DNA of 64,000 nt, taken from Candidatus Aphodoplasma sp. GTDB taxonomy: Bacteria > Bacillota > Clostridia > UBA1381 > UMGS1253. Made by a program: the position numbers and the translations under genes. The stretch lies in assembly GCA_045592745.1 (NCBI GenBank), contig JAZNVH010000032.1:6914-70913 (forward strand). The letters run 5' to 3'. How positions within the stretch are numbered: position 1 is the stretch's first letter; every line of letters starts with the position of its first letter. Below the pieces are notes generated by a model. It was not told where the DNA came from. It made no database searches and worked only from the letters and a program-made list of their open reading frames with translations. Below are positions 44,670 through 55,900 of the stretch, piece by piece.

Positions 44670-45953
44670 TTATGCGCCTCCCTTGGCTATGCTTGTATTG
44701 TCTGAATTGTGCGCTTTTGTCTTTTTTTCAAAAAGCACGTTTTCGCAAACAATATCATTTTCAACCATTGAATTTTTAGCGATTTCGGTGTTTTGGTCTA
44801 TTATTATATTTCCTTCGATAAGCACGATTCCGTCTGTGCATATATCGGATTTGTAGGGATTATCTTCTATTTCGTGAACTCCTATCATAACGTTTTTGCC
44901 AATTTTACATCCGGGGCCTACGATTGCCTTTTCTATGATTGCGCCTTCGTCTATTTGAGCGCCCGGCATTATGACGCTGTCGCGGATAATTGCCCCTTTT
45001 TTGATGATTACGCCCTCTGAAATAACAGAGTGTTCTATTACACCGTATATTTCACAGCCTTCGGTAATAGTAGAGTTTTTAAGCACTGCGTGGCTCGAAA
45101 TAAAGTGTGGGGGATTGGCACGGCTTCGTGAGAATATAGGCCACGATTTGTCGCGCATATCAAGAAGAGGAGGCTCGCAAAGCATATCCATGTGTGCTTC
45201 CCAGAGGCTTTGGACAGTTCCGACATCGCGCCAGTATTCAGAAAATCTGTAGCTATACATCGCTTCGTTCATAGAAAGCATCTGGGGGATTATATTTTTG
45301 CCAAAATCATTTTGTGAGCGCGGATTGTTTTCGTCTACAATAAGATATTTTTTGAGTATGTGCCAATTAAAAATATATATTCCCATAGAGGCAAGGTTGC
45401 TTTTGGGAACAGCGGGTTTTTCTTCAAACTCACATATACGTCCATCTTCGTCAACCTTCATTATTCCAAATCGTGAGGCTTCTTCCCAGCCTACCGGCAT
45501 AACGGCGACGGTTACGGATGCATTTTTCTTTTTATGTGCGTCAAGCATTTTTGAATAGTTCATTTTATAGATGTGGTCACCTGACAAAACAAGTACATAT
45601 TTTGGGTCAAACTGCTCTATAAAGCTTATATTCTGATAGATTGCGTTTGCTGTACCGGTATACCATTCGCCTTTTTCTGCCTTGATATATGGGGGCAGAA
45701 CATATACACCTCCAAAGCTTCTGTCGAGGTCCCATGGACTTCCTCCCGCTATGTAGGTGTTAAGCTCAAGCGGTTGATATTGTGTAAGCACACCTACGGT
45801 TTCTATGCCCGAATGGCTGCAGTTGCTTAGCGCAAAATCAATTATGCGGTATTTTCCTCCAAAAGCGACAGCCGGTTTTGCAACGTCTTTCGTCAGCGCG
45901 CCTAAACGGCTTCCCTGGCCACCTGCTAAAATCATTGCTATACATTCGCTCAT
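44670..45953 (-). CDS. glgC: glucose-1-phosphate adenylyltransferase
   Basis: [39 protein letters not shown], the canonical GlgC N-terminus. Confidence 0.95.
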   Translation of the reverse strand: MSECIAMILAGGQGSRLGALTKDVAKPAVAFGGKYRIIDFALSNCSHSGIETVGVLTQYQPLELNTYIAGGSPWDLDRSFGGVYVLPPYIKAEKGEWYTGTANAIYQNISFIEQFDPKYVLVLSGDHIYKMNYSKMLDAHKKKNASVTVAVMPVGWEEASRFGIMKVDEDGRICEFEEKPAVPKSNLASMGIYIFNWHILKKYLIVDENNPRSQNDFGKNIIPQMLSMNEAMYSYRFSEYWRDVGTVQSLWEAHMDMLCEPPLLDMRDKSWPIFSRSRANPPHFISSHAVLKNSTITEGCEIYGVIEHSVISEGVIIKKGAIIRDSVIMPGAQIDEGAIIEKAIVGPGCKIGKNVMIGVHEIEDNPYKSDICTDGIVLIEGNIIIDQNTEIAKNSMVENDIVCENVLFEKKTKAHNSDNTSIAKGGA

Positions 45954-46067
45954 ATAATCTCTCCTTTCGGTTATAATTTTACTTTTCGTAAATTATATGT
46001 TATGCGTTATACTTATCATTTATGAGTAATTTTTCTAATACTTATATGGCAAAATTTGTCTTACAAA

Positions 46068-47993
46068 TTATTGTTTATTTCTTTTTTGTTTTTGTCTTTT
46101 TATAAATATTGTTGTAAATGGTTTAAGGTCAAGCTTTAGTGAGTATTTAAAATTATTGTAGTTGTTTTTCTCGGCTTTTATAATGTTTTTTGTTTCATCT
46201 TTTGTGCCAAAAACAAGCTTATCGCTTGAAAATACAACTTGGTATTCACCACTTTGAGGCACACCTATAATATAATTTTTGCGTCTTACAGGTGTGAAGT
46301 TGCATACTGCTATTACATAGTCACCTTTTTGTTTTGATTTGCGTATAAAAGATATCACACTATTGTCTTTGTCATCTGCGTTAATCCACTCAAAGCCGTC
46401 CCAGCTGTCCTCAATTTGCCAAAATGCCTTTTGACTTTTATAAAAACGATTGAGCGCAGCAGTATATCCGTGTAATTTTCTATGGCTTTCATAGTCAAGA
46501 AGCATCCAGTCAAGTTCTTTATCCCAGCACCATTCTGAAAACTGACCAAATTCTGCGCCCATAAAAAACAGCTTTTTGCCGGGATGAGCCATCATATAAG
46601 CATAGTACATTTTTAGCTGAGCGAATTTTTCTTCGTATGAGCCGTACATTTTGTCAATTAAAGAACGTTTGCCATAAACTACCTCATCGTGTGAAAGAGG
46701 CAGGATATAATTTTCTGAAAAGGCGTAAAACATCAAAAATGTAAGCATATTGTGGTTGTGCTTTCTAAAATACGGGTCCATAGACATATAGCTGAGCGTG
46801 TCATTCATCCAGCCCATATTCCATTTATAATTGAAGCCAAGACCGCCTTCGTGCACAGGTTTTGTGATTTTTGGCCATGCGGTTGATTCTTCGGCAATCA
46901 TAAGTGCATTTGGGAATTGTTCAAATACGGACTTATTAAGATTTTGCAAAAAAGTTATTGCTTCGAGATTTTCTTTGCCTCCGTATTTGTTTGCCACCCA
47001 CTCGCCATCGTTTCGGTTGTAATCTAAATAGAGCATTGAGGATACTGCATCAACGCGAAGACCGTCAATGTGATATTCTTTTAGCCAGAAGTGTGCGTTT
47101 GATATAAGAAAAGAAACTACCTCGTTTTTTGAATAGTCAAAAACCAATGTGCCCCATTGTTTATGTTCGCCTTTTCGTGAGTCGGTGTATTCGTATAAAG
47201 CGGTGCCGTCAAAAAGACGCAGACCGTGCTCGTCACGGGGAAAATGTGACGGCACCCAATCGAGAATTACGCCTATTTGATTTTGGTGGCAAAGGTCCAC
47301 AAAATACATAAAGTCTTCACAAGTTCCAAAACGGCTTGTGGGGGCGTAATAACCTGTAATTTGATATCCCCACGAAGCGTCGAATGGATGCTCGCAAACA
47401 CCCATAAGCTCGATATGTGTATAGCCCATTTTTAAGACGTACTCGACAAGGCTGTGTGCAAGCTGTTTATAGTTTAAAAATTCACCATTTTCACCTTTTT
47501 TCCACGATGAAGGATTGACTTCATAAATGAGCATTGGTTTGTCATACGGTTTTTGTTTTTTCTTTTTTGCCTGCCAGTTTTTATCGTTCCATTTATATGA
47601 GTCAAGAGAGCATGTGATTGAGGCTGTATTTGGGCGAAGCTCGCTGTAAAAAGCATACGGGTCGGCTTTGTAGTGGATTTTGCCTTCGTTATCAGTTATG
47701 GCATATTTATACGTACACCCGTCAGATACACTTTTAATAAACGTATACCATATACCGCAAGAACCGATTTTTTGCATAGGATTTTTTGACATATCCCAAT
47801 TATTAAAGCTTCCGACTATGGATACACTTTGCGCGTGAGGTGCCCAGAGAACAAAGCGATAGCCTAATACACCATTTGTAGTTTTTTTATGTGCGCCGAG
47901 CATTTCGTAAGCTCTGGTGGCCTTGCCTTCACCAAAAAGATACATATCAAAATCAGAAAAACCGTATGGTTCTTTTTTGCCTTTTATGCTCAC
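46068..47993 (-). CDS. glgB: 1,4-alpha-glucan branching enzyme
   Basis: 641 aa with a GH13_9-like core (DWVPSHF, GLRVDAV, IAEEST, LSHDEV). Confidence 0.95.
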   Translation of the reverse strand: MSIKGKKEPYGFSDFDMYLFGEGKATRAYEMLGAHKKTTNGVLGYRFVLWAPHAQSVSIVGSFNNWDMSKNPMQKIGSCGIWYTFIKSVSDGCTYKYAITDNEGKIHYKADPYAFYSELRPNTASITCSLDSYKWNDKNWQAKKKKQKPYDKPMLIYEVNPSSWKKGENGEFLNYKQLAHSLVEYVLKMGYTHIELMGVCEHPFDASWGYQITGYYAPTSRFGTCEDFMYFVDLCHQNQIGVILDWVPSHFPRDEHGLRLFDGTALYEYTDSRKGEHKQWGTLVFDYSKNEVVSFLISNAHFWLKEYHIDGLRVDAVSSMLYLDYNRNDGEWVANKYGGKENLEAITFLQNLNKSVFEQFPNALMIAEESTAWPKITKPVHEGGLGFNYKWNMGWMNDTLSYMSMDPYFRKHNHNMLTFLMFYAFSENYILPLSHDEVVYGKRSLIDKMYGSYEEKFAQLKMYYAYMMAHPGKKLFFMGAEFGQFSEWCWDKELDWMLLDYESHRKLHGYTAALNRFYKSQKAFWQIEDSWDGFEWINADDKDNSVISFIRKSKQKGDYVIAVCNFTPVRRKNYIIGVPQSGEYQVVFSSDKLVFGTKDETKNIIKAEKNNYNNFKYSLKLDLKPFTTIFIKRQKQKRNKQ

Positions 47994-48160
47994 TTATAAT
48001 CACTCCTTTGTATGAAACTGTATATAACATTTTTATATTTATAAATACGCCAAAAACTAAATTAACATACATATCCCGCATATATTTTTTTTGTGCGTGC
48101 AAAATATTACGGGCAAATAAGATACACAAAATTTATTTATATGATTTGAGGGTGTAAAAT

Positions 48161-49141
48161 ATGACTTATAAAAGAACAGACCTTGCGCTTGAAGAGGCTG
48201 AAATGCACAGGGAAAAAATGCCGGAAAAAGGAGAAATAGATGGTATAAAAATAAGTGAGCAAAATGATAATGGGATTAAAATTACGCGTGTAGAGGTACT
48301 TGATGAAAATGGCTCAAGGACGCTTTCAAAACCAATAGGAAAGTATGTGACGCTTGAAGCGGACACGCTTGATTATATAAACAAAGAGGACTATGAAAAT
48401 ATGTGTAAGGCGCTCAAAAGAGAGCTTTCGCATGTTGTAGATGTTGATTTATCAAAGCCGGTGCTTGTTGTAGGGCTCGGTAACCGAAACATTACTGCTG
48501 ATGCTTTAGGACCTAAGGTGGTTGAGCAAATGCTTGTGACGCGTCATCTGTTTGAGCATATGCCACAGATTGCGGACTCTTTTGCTTCGTCGGTATGTGC
48601 GCTTGCACCCGGTGTGCTTGGCATTACGGGTATTGAAACTATGGAAATAGTAAAAGGCGTAGCCGAAAGGGTAAAACCCGGGTTTGTAATAGCTGTTGAT
48701 GCTCTTGCCTCGCGTAAAATTCAAAGAATAAATACAACAATTCAGATTTCTGATACGGGTATAAATCCGGGGTCGGGTGTTGGCAACAACAGAAAGGCGC
48801 TCTGCCGTGATACACTTGGTGTACCGGTTATTGCAATAGGCGTGCCGACAGTGGTTGATGCAGTTACAATGACAAATGATACGCTTGATATGACGCTTGA
48901 TGCAATAAAAAACAGTGGGCAGTGCAGTAAGGGGATATTTTCTGTTATAGATAAGCTTGGAGATGAAGAAAAGTATGCTCTTATACAGCAGGTTTTGATG
49001 CCAACTGTGGGGGATATGGTGCTCACTGTTAAAGAAATTGATATGGCGATGAACAAAATTTCGAAGATTATAGCAGGCGGGGTCAACACTTTTTTGCAAA
49101 GAGAGATGACATTTGACCAAATAGAGAGTTTTACGTTATAA
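48161..49141 (+). CDS. gpr: GPR endopeptidase (spore germination protease)
   Basis: N-terminal RTDLALE, then GLGNRNITADALGP and IAVDALASR motifs; 326 aa. Confidence 0.9.
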   Translation: MTYKRTDLALEEAEMHREKMPEKGEIDGIKISEQNDNGIKITRVEVLDENGSRTLSKPIGKYVTLEADTLDYINKEDYENMCKALKRELSHVVDVDLSKPVLVVGLGNRNITADALGPKVVEQMLVTRHLFEHMPQIADSFASSVCALAPGVLGITGIETMEIVKGVAERVKPGFVIAVDALASRKIQRINTTIQISDTGINPGSGVGNNRKALCRDTLGVPVIAIGVPTVVDAVTMTNDTLDMTLDAIKNSGQCSKGIFSVIDKLGDEEKYALIQQVLMPTVGDMVLTVKEIDMAMNKISKIIAGGVNTFLQREMTFDQIESFTL

Positions 49142-49250
49142 AATAGAATTTCTTGGCGAAAAGTGTCAATGAAAAGTATGTCGCATTGTGCAAAATAAAA
49201 TTGACATGTAGGCGTAATTGTTATAAAATATGTGTAGTGAATAAATAAAA

Positions 49251-50543
49251 ATGGCATTAATATCGAAAGTGGTGGAAAAAGTGAGAAGTATCAAGATAAA
49301 AGACGGTGTAACACTACACTGTATTGATGATAAAAAGTTTAAAACAACTACGATAGGGGTATATGTGCACACGCCATTATGTGCCGAGAACGCATCGAAA
49401 AATGCGCTTTTGCCGATGGTGTTAAAGCGTGGATGTGAAAAGTATCCAACATTTGATGAAATTGAAAAAAAGCTCGGATATCTTTGCGGAGCGATGCTTA
49501 ATTGCGATGTTGTAAAACGTGGTGAGGACCAGATTTTATGCTTTGATATTTCTACAATATCCAATAAGTACTATGTTGGAGAAGAAAACATAATGCTCTT
49601 ATGCGGGGAACTTTTGTTTGACATAATATTAAAGCCGATAGTTAAAGATAATGCTTTTTTGAGTGAATATGTGGAAAGCGAAAAAAAGAATTTGTGCGAC
49701 AATATTGACGCACTCATAAATGATAAGCAGTCGTATGCGCTCTGGCGTCTTTATGAAATCATGTGCAAAGAAGAAGCGTATGGTACAAACGTGCTTGGCA
49801 CAAAGAAAAGCGTAGAGAAGGTTTCGCCTTGCGAGCTTTATGAGCATTATAAAAAGCTTATTTCAGAAAGTAAAATTGATATATTTGTATGCGGAAATGC
49901 AGACAAGGACGATATAGATGAGTTTACAGGGCTTATTAAAAATGCTTTTGCAAATGTGGATACCACAGATGCGCCGTACCCTGAAACTCAGGTGGTATCG
50001 GTTGTAGGTGAGATAAATAGTGTAAACGAGCAGTTTGACACAAATCAGGCAAAGCTTTCACTTGGCTTTCGCGTGGTGGAAAAAGTCGATTATCCTGCGA
50101 TGCTTGTTACAAATTCTGTATGGGGAGGCGGGCCTCATTCGAAGCTTTTTAATAATGTAAGAGAAAAGCTCAGCCTTGCTTATTATGCGTTTTCAAGATA
50201 TGAAAAGTTTAAAAATACTGTGCTTGTCGGAATGGGCATTGAAACACAAAATTATCAAAAGGCGTTTGATGAAACGCTTCTTCAGCTTAAAAATGTGTGC
50301 GAGGGTGAATTTGGCGAAAATGAGCTTGCATCTGCAAAGGCTTATTTGGTAAATATGCTCCGCTCCCAACGTGACAGCCAGTATGCTATGCTTGATTTTC
50401 ATATGAGCTCGATGATAAGAGGCTGGTCAGATGATATTGAGAGTTTGTGTGAAAAGGTAGAGGCTGTAAGTGCAGACGAGGTTATAAAGACGGCTAAAGC
50501 AATAAAGCTTGATACAGTGTATTTTCTTTGCGGAAAACAGTAA
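49251..50543 (+). CDS. M16-family peptidase-like protein lacking the HxxEH zinc motif (YmfF/YfmF-like, probably the non-catalytic partner)
   Basis: 430 aa with insulinase-like architecture. No HxxEH occurs in the N-terminal region, and the protein is paired with an HxxEH-containing paralog. Confidence 0.7.
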   Translation: MALISKVVEKVRSIKIKDGVTLHCIDDKKFKTTTIGVYVHTPLCAENASKNALLPMVLKRGCEKYPTFDEIEKKLGYLCGAMLNCDVVKRGEDQILCFDISTISNKYYVGEENIMLLCGELLFDIILKPIVKDNAFLSEYVESEKKNLCDNIDALINDKQSYALWRLYEIMCKEEAYGTNVLGTKKSVEKVSPCELYEHYKKLISESKIDIFVCGNADKDDIDEFTGLIKNAFANVDTTDAPYPETQVVSVVGEINSVNEQFDTNQAKLSLGFRVVEKVDYPAMLVTNSVWGGGPHSKLFNNVREKLSLAYYAFSRYEKFKNTVLVGMGIETQNYQKAFDETLLQLKNVCEGEFGENELASAKAYLVNMLRSQRDSQYAMLDFHMSSMIRGWSDDIESLCEKVEAVSADEVIKTAKAIKLDTVYFLCGKQ

Positions 50544-50583
50544 AGTATCACTATGAGTGTTTTTGACAGTTGTATCGAAAGGA

Positions 50584-51882
50584 ATGAAGCGTCAGATGAA
50601 ATTTGATATAAGAAAAAATGAATTTATAGATGAAGTGCTTTATCACGGTGTACACGAAAGCGGTGCCGAGGTGTATGTTATGCCTAAAAAGGGATATGAC
50701 AAGTGTCACGCTATGTTTGCTACAAGATATGGCAGTCTTGAAAGCAAGTTTGAAAAAGGCAGTGAGATTGTAAAAATCCCCGACGGCACAGCACATTTTC
50801 TTGAGCATAAGCTTTTTGAAGAAGAGGACGGAAACGTTTTTGATAAGTTTGCGCTACTCGGCGCGAGCGCTAATGCGTTTACAAATTTTACAACAACGGC
50901 ATATTATTTTAATGCTACATCAAAATTTTTCGAAAGCCTTAAGGTGCTTATAAATTTTGTGCAAAATCCGTATTTTACAAAAGAAAGCGTTGATAAAGAG
51001 CAGGGTATTATCGGGCAGGAAATAAAGATGTATGATGATGACCCTAATTGGCAGGTATATTTTAATCTGCTTGGATGCTTGTACAAAGAGTGCTATGTAA
51101 AATATGATATTGCAGGAACGGTTGAAAGTATCGCAGAAATTAACAAAGATATTTTGTATGACATATACTCTGTATTTTATCATCCGTCAAATATGGTTTT
51201 GTTTATTGTGGGTGATGTAGAGGTTGATGATGTTGATAAATGCATAGAGGAATGTCTTAAAAAAGCAGAGCCTCTTGATGCGCCTGTAAAAAGACTTTAT
51301 CCAAAAGAGCCTTGTGAAATTGCATCTTCTTATGTTCACAAAAAACTCGATGTTGCAATTCCGCTGTTTTCTCTTGGGTTTAAGGATAATCAGACCGATT
51401 TGACGGGCAAAGAGCTTTTGAAAAAAGAGATTGAAACCAAGATACTTCTTGAGATGTTGTTTTCAAAAAGTTCCAGGATATATAAAACACTTTATGAGCA
51501 GGGGCTTATTAATGAGAGCTTTGACGCGGATTATGACTGTCACAGCGAGTACGCTTTTATAGATATTTCGGGCGAGTCAAAGGAGCCTTTGAAGGTTCGG
51601 GATACTATATATGATATGATTAAAATGCCTCTTAAGCCTGATGATTATGAGAGAGCAAAAAGAATTGTTTGGGGAAATTATGTGCGCATGTATAATTCCA
51701 CAGAAACGATTGGATACCGCTATGTGCTCGCTCTTATGTCGGGAATGAACTATTTTGATTTTAAAGATGTATATGAAACTATAACTTTTGAAGACATACT
51801 TTCAAGAAAAGAAAAAAATCTTGACATAACAAAAAGCGCATTGTCAGTTGTTGATAACAATGAAAGTGGTGAAGGTGTATAA
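50584..51882 (+). CDS. M16-family zinc peptidase (YmfH/YfmH-like, catalytic motif present)
   Basis: HFLEH (HxxEH) occurs in GTAHFLEHKLFEE; about 430 aa. The start is ambiguous among 50557, 50584 and 50596. Confidence 0.75.
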   Translation: MKRQMKFDIRKNEFIDEVLYHGVHESGAEVYVMPKKGYDKCHAMFATRYGSLESKFEKGSEIVKIPDGTAHFLEHKLFEEEDGNVFDKFALLGASANAFTNFTTTAYYFNATSKFFESLKVLINFVQNPYFTKESVDKEQGIIGQEIKMYDDDPNWQVYFNLLGCLYKECYVKYDIAGTVESIAEINKDILYDIYSVFYHPSNMVLFIVGDVEVDDVDKCIEECLKKAEPLDAPVKRLYPKEPCEIASSYVHKKLDVAIPLFSLGFKDNQTDLTGKELLKKEIETKILLEMLFSKSSRIYKTLYEQGLINESFDADYDCHSEYAFIDISGESKEPLKVRDTIYDMIKMPLKPDDYERAKRIVWGNYVRMYNSTETIGYRYVLALMSGMNYFDFKDVYETITFEDILSRKEKNLDITKSALSVVDNNESGEGV

Positions 51883-52715
51883 TGATTAATAATATTTCAT
51901 TTCCAAGGCTTGGACTTGATTTTACGATAAATCGTGTAGCGTTTTCTTTATTTGGAAAGCCAATATACTGGTACGGAATTATTATTGCGCTTGGGTTTGC
52001 GCTTGGCGTGTGTTATGCAGTTTGGCGCGCAAAAAAAGAAGGACTCGGCGCAGATCCCATTCTTGATGTGGTTTTGTGGGGCGTTCCAACGTGCATAATT
52101 TGTGCAAGAATTTTTTATGTAATAGGTGACCCTGATATCCTTTGGGGCGGTTTTTGGAAGATTATTGCAGTATGGGAGGGCGGAATTGCCATATTTGGTG
52201 CGCTCATCGGTGCTGTTATAGTCGGCCTTACATATAGCTATATAAAGAAAATTGATACAGGTCTTTTATTTGATATAGCTGCGCCTTCGATAATGATTGG
52301 ACAGATTATAGGACGTTTTGGCAACTTTGTAAACGCCGAAGTATATGGCGGTGTGACTGATTCTTTGTTTGGAATGTCGATTAATGGCAGAGCGTGCGTG
52401 GAGCCTTTGTTTTTGTATGAATCTTCGTGGATGCTTTTAGGACTCGTTTTAATTTTGTTTTACCAAAGGTACAAAAAAGTCAATGGTGAGATATTTTTAG
52501 TATACGCTATGTGGTACAGCGTAGGCAGAATTTTTCTTGAAACGTTAAGAGACGATGAATTTGTGTTAAAAATTTTTGGAATGCCGATGTCGCAGATGGC
52601 GGCAACGCTGGCACTTGTTTGTGCTTTAGCGATTTATGTATATATTCGTTTTGTCAGAAAGAAAAAAGATTCAACTGATAACATAGGTGAGCAAGAGGAA
52701 GAAAAGAGCGTTTGA
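51882..52715 (+). CDS. lgt: prolipoprotein diacylglyceryl transferase
   Basis: YWYGIIIALGF and GRFGNFVNAEVYG motifs. The start overlaps the upstream stop (TAATG). Confidence 0.9.
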   Translation: MINNISFPRLGLDFTINRVAFSLFGKPIYWYGIIIALGFALGVCYAVWRAKKEGLGADPILDVVLWGVPTCIICARIFYVIGDPDILWGGFWKIIAVWEGGIAIFGALIGAVIVGLTYSYIKKIDTGLLFDIAAPSIMIGQIIGRFGNFVNAEVYGGVTDSLFGMSINGRACVEPLFLYESSWMLLGLVLILFYQRYKKVNGEIFLVYAMWYSVGRIFLETLRDDEFVLKIFGMPMSQMAATLALVCALAIYVYIRFVRKKKDSTDNIGEQEEEKSV

Positions 52716-52734
52716 TAAAAAGGGGAGTGAGCAT

Positions 52735-52902
52735 ATGTGCAGATATGAACAGCTAAGAGATATAATTCGTGAAAAACGCAAAGAGCTTGATGCTCTTAAA
52801 GCAAATGACACCATAAGCAAAGAAGAGTTGTATGCAAAAAGCGTAGAGCTTGATGGGTATTTTGCGCAAATGCAAGAGCTTTTGATGTCTGAAAGTAAAT
52901 GA
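52735..52902 (+). CDS. Spo0E-family sporulation regulatory (aspartyl-phosphate phosphatase-like) protein, 55 aa
   Basis: MCRYEQLRDIIREKRKELDALKANDTISKEELYAKSVELDGYFAQMQELL is a two-helix hairpin with an S-x-ELD motif like Spo0E. ATG follows AGGGGAG. Confidence 0.6.
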   Translation: MCRYEQLRDIIREKRKELDALKANDTISKEELYAKSVELDGYFAQMQELLMSESK

Positions 52903-52966
52903 AAAAGAGGGATGCATAAACGTAGTATGTGTATGCGTCCTTTTTAGTTTTTTTAGAGGTGAGATT

Positions 52967-55900
52967 ATGCGTTTTGATGTTTTGTACGGACGTACAGGAA
53001 GCGGCAAGACATATAAGTGTATAGAAAAAATTAAAAAATATATAGATATGGGCGAAAGATGCATTGTGATTGTACCTGAGCAGTTTTGTTATCGCACAGA
53101 AAAGATGCTTGTTTCAAGTGTCGGAGCAATAAGCTCCGAGACCGTTGAGGTTCTCACTTTTACAAGACTTGCAGGGCGGATTTTTGCGCAAAACAGCGGT
53201 GCAGTAAAGCTGCCGCTTTCAGCTGCAGGAAAAAATATGCTTGTGTATCGTGCGGTATGGTCTGTTAAAAATGAGCTTGAAACATATGGTTTGGCATCGC
53301 AAAAAAACGGTTTTGCCGATAAGGTTATGAGCATAATTTCCGAGTTTAAGCGCTATGGTGTTTTGCCGGAGCAGCTTTTAGAGCTTTCGGAGCGTGCAGA
53401 CAAGCCTGCGCTTTCAGCAAAGCTTGCCGATTTGGCGCTTATATATAAAAAGTATGATGAGCTGTTTTTGGATGATTACAGCGACTTTGAAGATAATTTA
53501 TACTTGGCGGCTGATTTGCTTGAAAAGAGCGACTATTTAAAGGGCGTTCATATTTTTATTGATGAGTTTACAGATTTCTTGCCACAGCATTATAAAATGA
53601 TTGAGGCTCTTTTAAATAAAGCGTGTGATATTACGCTTTGTTTGTGTGCGGACAAAGCGCTTGGTACTCGCGGCGTTTTTTCTGCTTCGGCGAAAACATA
53701 TTTTAAGCTTAAAAGTATGTGTGATGGTGAGCACATACCGTTTTACAGTGAGTATATGGATACGAATTTTTTGCATATGCAAAACGATGAGCTTTTGCAT
53801 CTTGAGAAAAATTATATAAAGATTGACAGTGAAAAATATGATGAGATGCCAAAAAATATTGCGGTCTTTGAAATGCTTAATGTGTATTCAGAAATTGAAA
53901 ATGCCGCCCAAAATATATTATCGCTTGTGCGCGAGGAGGGTGCAAGATGGCGCGAGATTGCTGTATGCTGCGGTGACGCGGAAGCTTATTTTGAGCCTTT
54001 GAAAATGATATTTTCACGTTATGAGATACCGTGCTTTCTTAGTGAAAAAATTGACCTTTGTGCACACCCTTTGGTGCTTACGCTACTTTCTGCAATAGAT
54101 ATTTTGGCAGAGGGCTTTAGCTATGAGAGCGTGTTTACATACTTAAAGACGGGCTTTGCAAATATCTCTTTAAATGAATGTGATTTATTAGAAAACTATG
54201 TTCTTGCGACGGGGATAAAGAAAAAAGCGTGGTTGCAGGATGAGGTGTGGAGCTATAAAGGCGGCGTTTTTGATGAGGAGCAGGGGGGAAATGAAGCAAT
54301 TGATGAAATAAGGCGCAGAATTATATCTCCGCTTATGTGTCTGCGCGAAAATATTGGCAGCAAGCACACTTGTTCTCACGCGTGTGAGGCGATATATAAT
54401 TTTATGTGTGAGCTTGATATACAGGCTAAAACTGCTGCTTTGGTGGAAGAGTTTAAAAGTGAAGGAAAGCTTGTAGAGGCAAATTTATATACGAGAATAT
54501 GGAACAGCATTCTAAATGTCCTTGACCAGGTTGTGCTTACCACAGGTGATAAAAAAATTGGTATGGAGCAGCTTAAAAATTTACTTGAGGCAGGTTTTAT
54601 GAAAGAGCAGATGGGCATCATTCCTCAGGCGGCAGATGCTGTGTCTGTGGTTGATGTATCAAATGCACGTGCACAGGAGTGTAAGTATTTGTTTGCACTC
54701 GGGACAAATACGGGGACGTTTGTATCAAATGTATCCGGTGAAGGAATGATTTCAGATGCTGAGCGTGAGGCTGTTGAAAGTATGGGCATACAGCTTGCAC
54801 CGACTGCTCGCAGCGCGGTGTTTGATACGGATTTTTTGATTTATAAGGCGCTGACAAGACCCTCAAAGAAGCTTTTTGTAAGCTGTGCTTTGTCAAAAAT
54901 GGACGGAACAGCTCTTGCTCAATCTCAGATTTGTAAAAAGGTGTGCGCTGTTTTTCCAGAGCTAAGTGTGGTAGATGATTTTACAAACAAGGATGAAAAA
55001 AATATTTTCCTTGGCTCGTGTATGTCAACGTTTGGTGAGCTTGCTATGCGTATGGGAAAAGAGAATGAAAAAGACGATGCGCTTTTGCTTTCGCTTAAAA
55101 AGTGGTATAATTCAAAGCAAAATTATAAAGAAAAGCTTAATATACTTGAAAAGGAGCTTTTGTACTCATATGATGCAAAAAATCTTTTGCCACGCCAGCT
55201 TGATAAGCTTTATCCAAAGGGAATTAATACGAGTGTGAGCAGGCTTGAGCGTTATTCAAGATGCCCGTTTTCGTATTTTATAGAATACACGCTCAAGGCA
55301 AAGGAGAGAAAAATACTAAAAATTGGTGCGCCTGATATTGGAACTATTATGCATGCAGTGCTTGAAAAATTTACAAACAAAATAGCTTGCGATAATATAG
55401 CATGGTCACAGATTGATGAGCATTATGCCGAGGCGGTTATAAGCTCTATTCTTGATGAAATGGGCGAGCAAATTCTTGGTTCATCTTCGCTTGCAACAAA
55501 ATCTACTCAGTATATACTTAAGAGGCTTAAAAACAATTTGATAAGGTGTGCAAAGCTTTTGGTTATGCATATTGCATCGGGAAGATTTGAGCCTGTGGGA
55601 AGTGAGATAACTTTTGGTGATAATGGAAAAATCAGCGCAGTTGTGGTTGATATTGCCAGCGGTAAAAAGCTCAAAATACATGGTATTATCGACAGAGTTG
55701 ATAAGTGCGAAACGGATGATGGAGTGTATTACCGCGTAATTGATTATAAGTCAGGATCGAAGAGTTTTAGTCTTGAAAGTATATATAACAAGCTTGATTT
55801 GCAGCTTGTTGTATATCTTGAGGCGGCGATGCAGGAAAGAAAAGATGCAAAGCCTGCGGGTATGCTATATTTTAATATACGCGAGCCGATGATAAAGACA

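Noticed and set aside
48506-49257. Two minus-strand ORFs (204 aa and 171 aa) across gpr
   Set aside because: These are antisense shadows of the germination protease gene, with compositionally odd translations (Cys/His/Tyr/Asn-rich).
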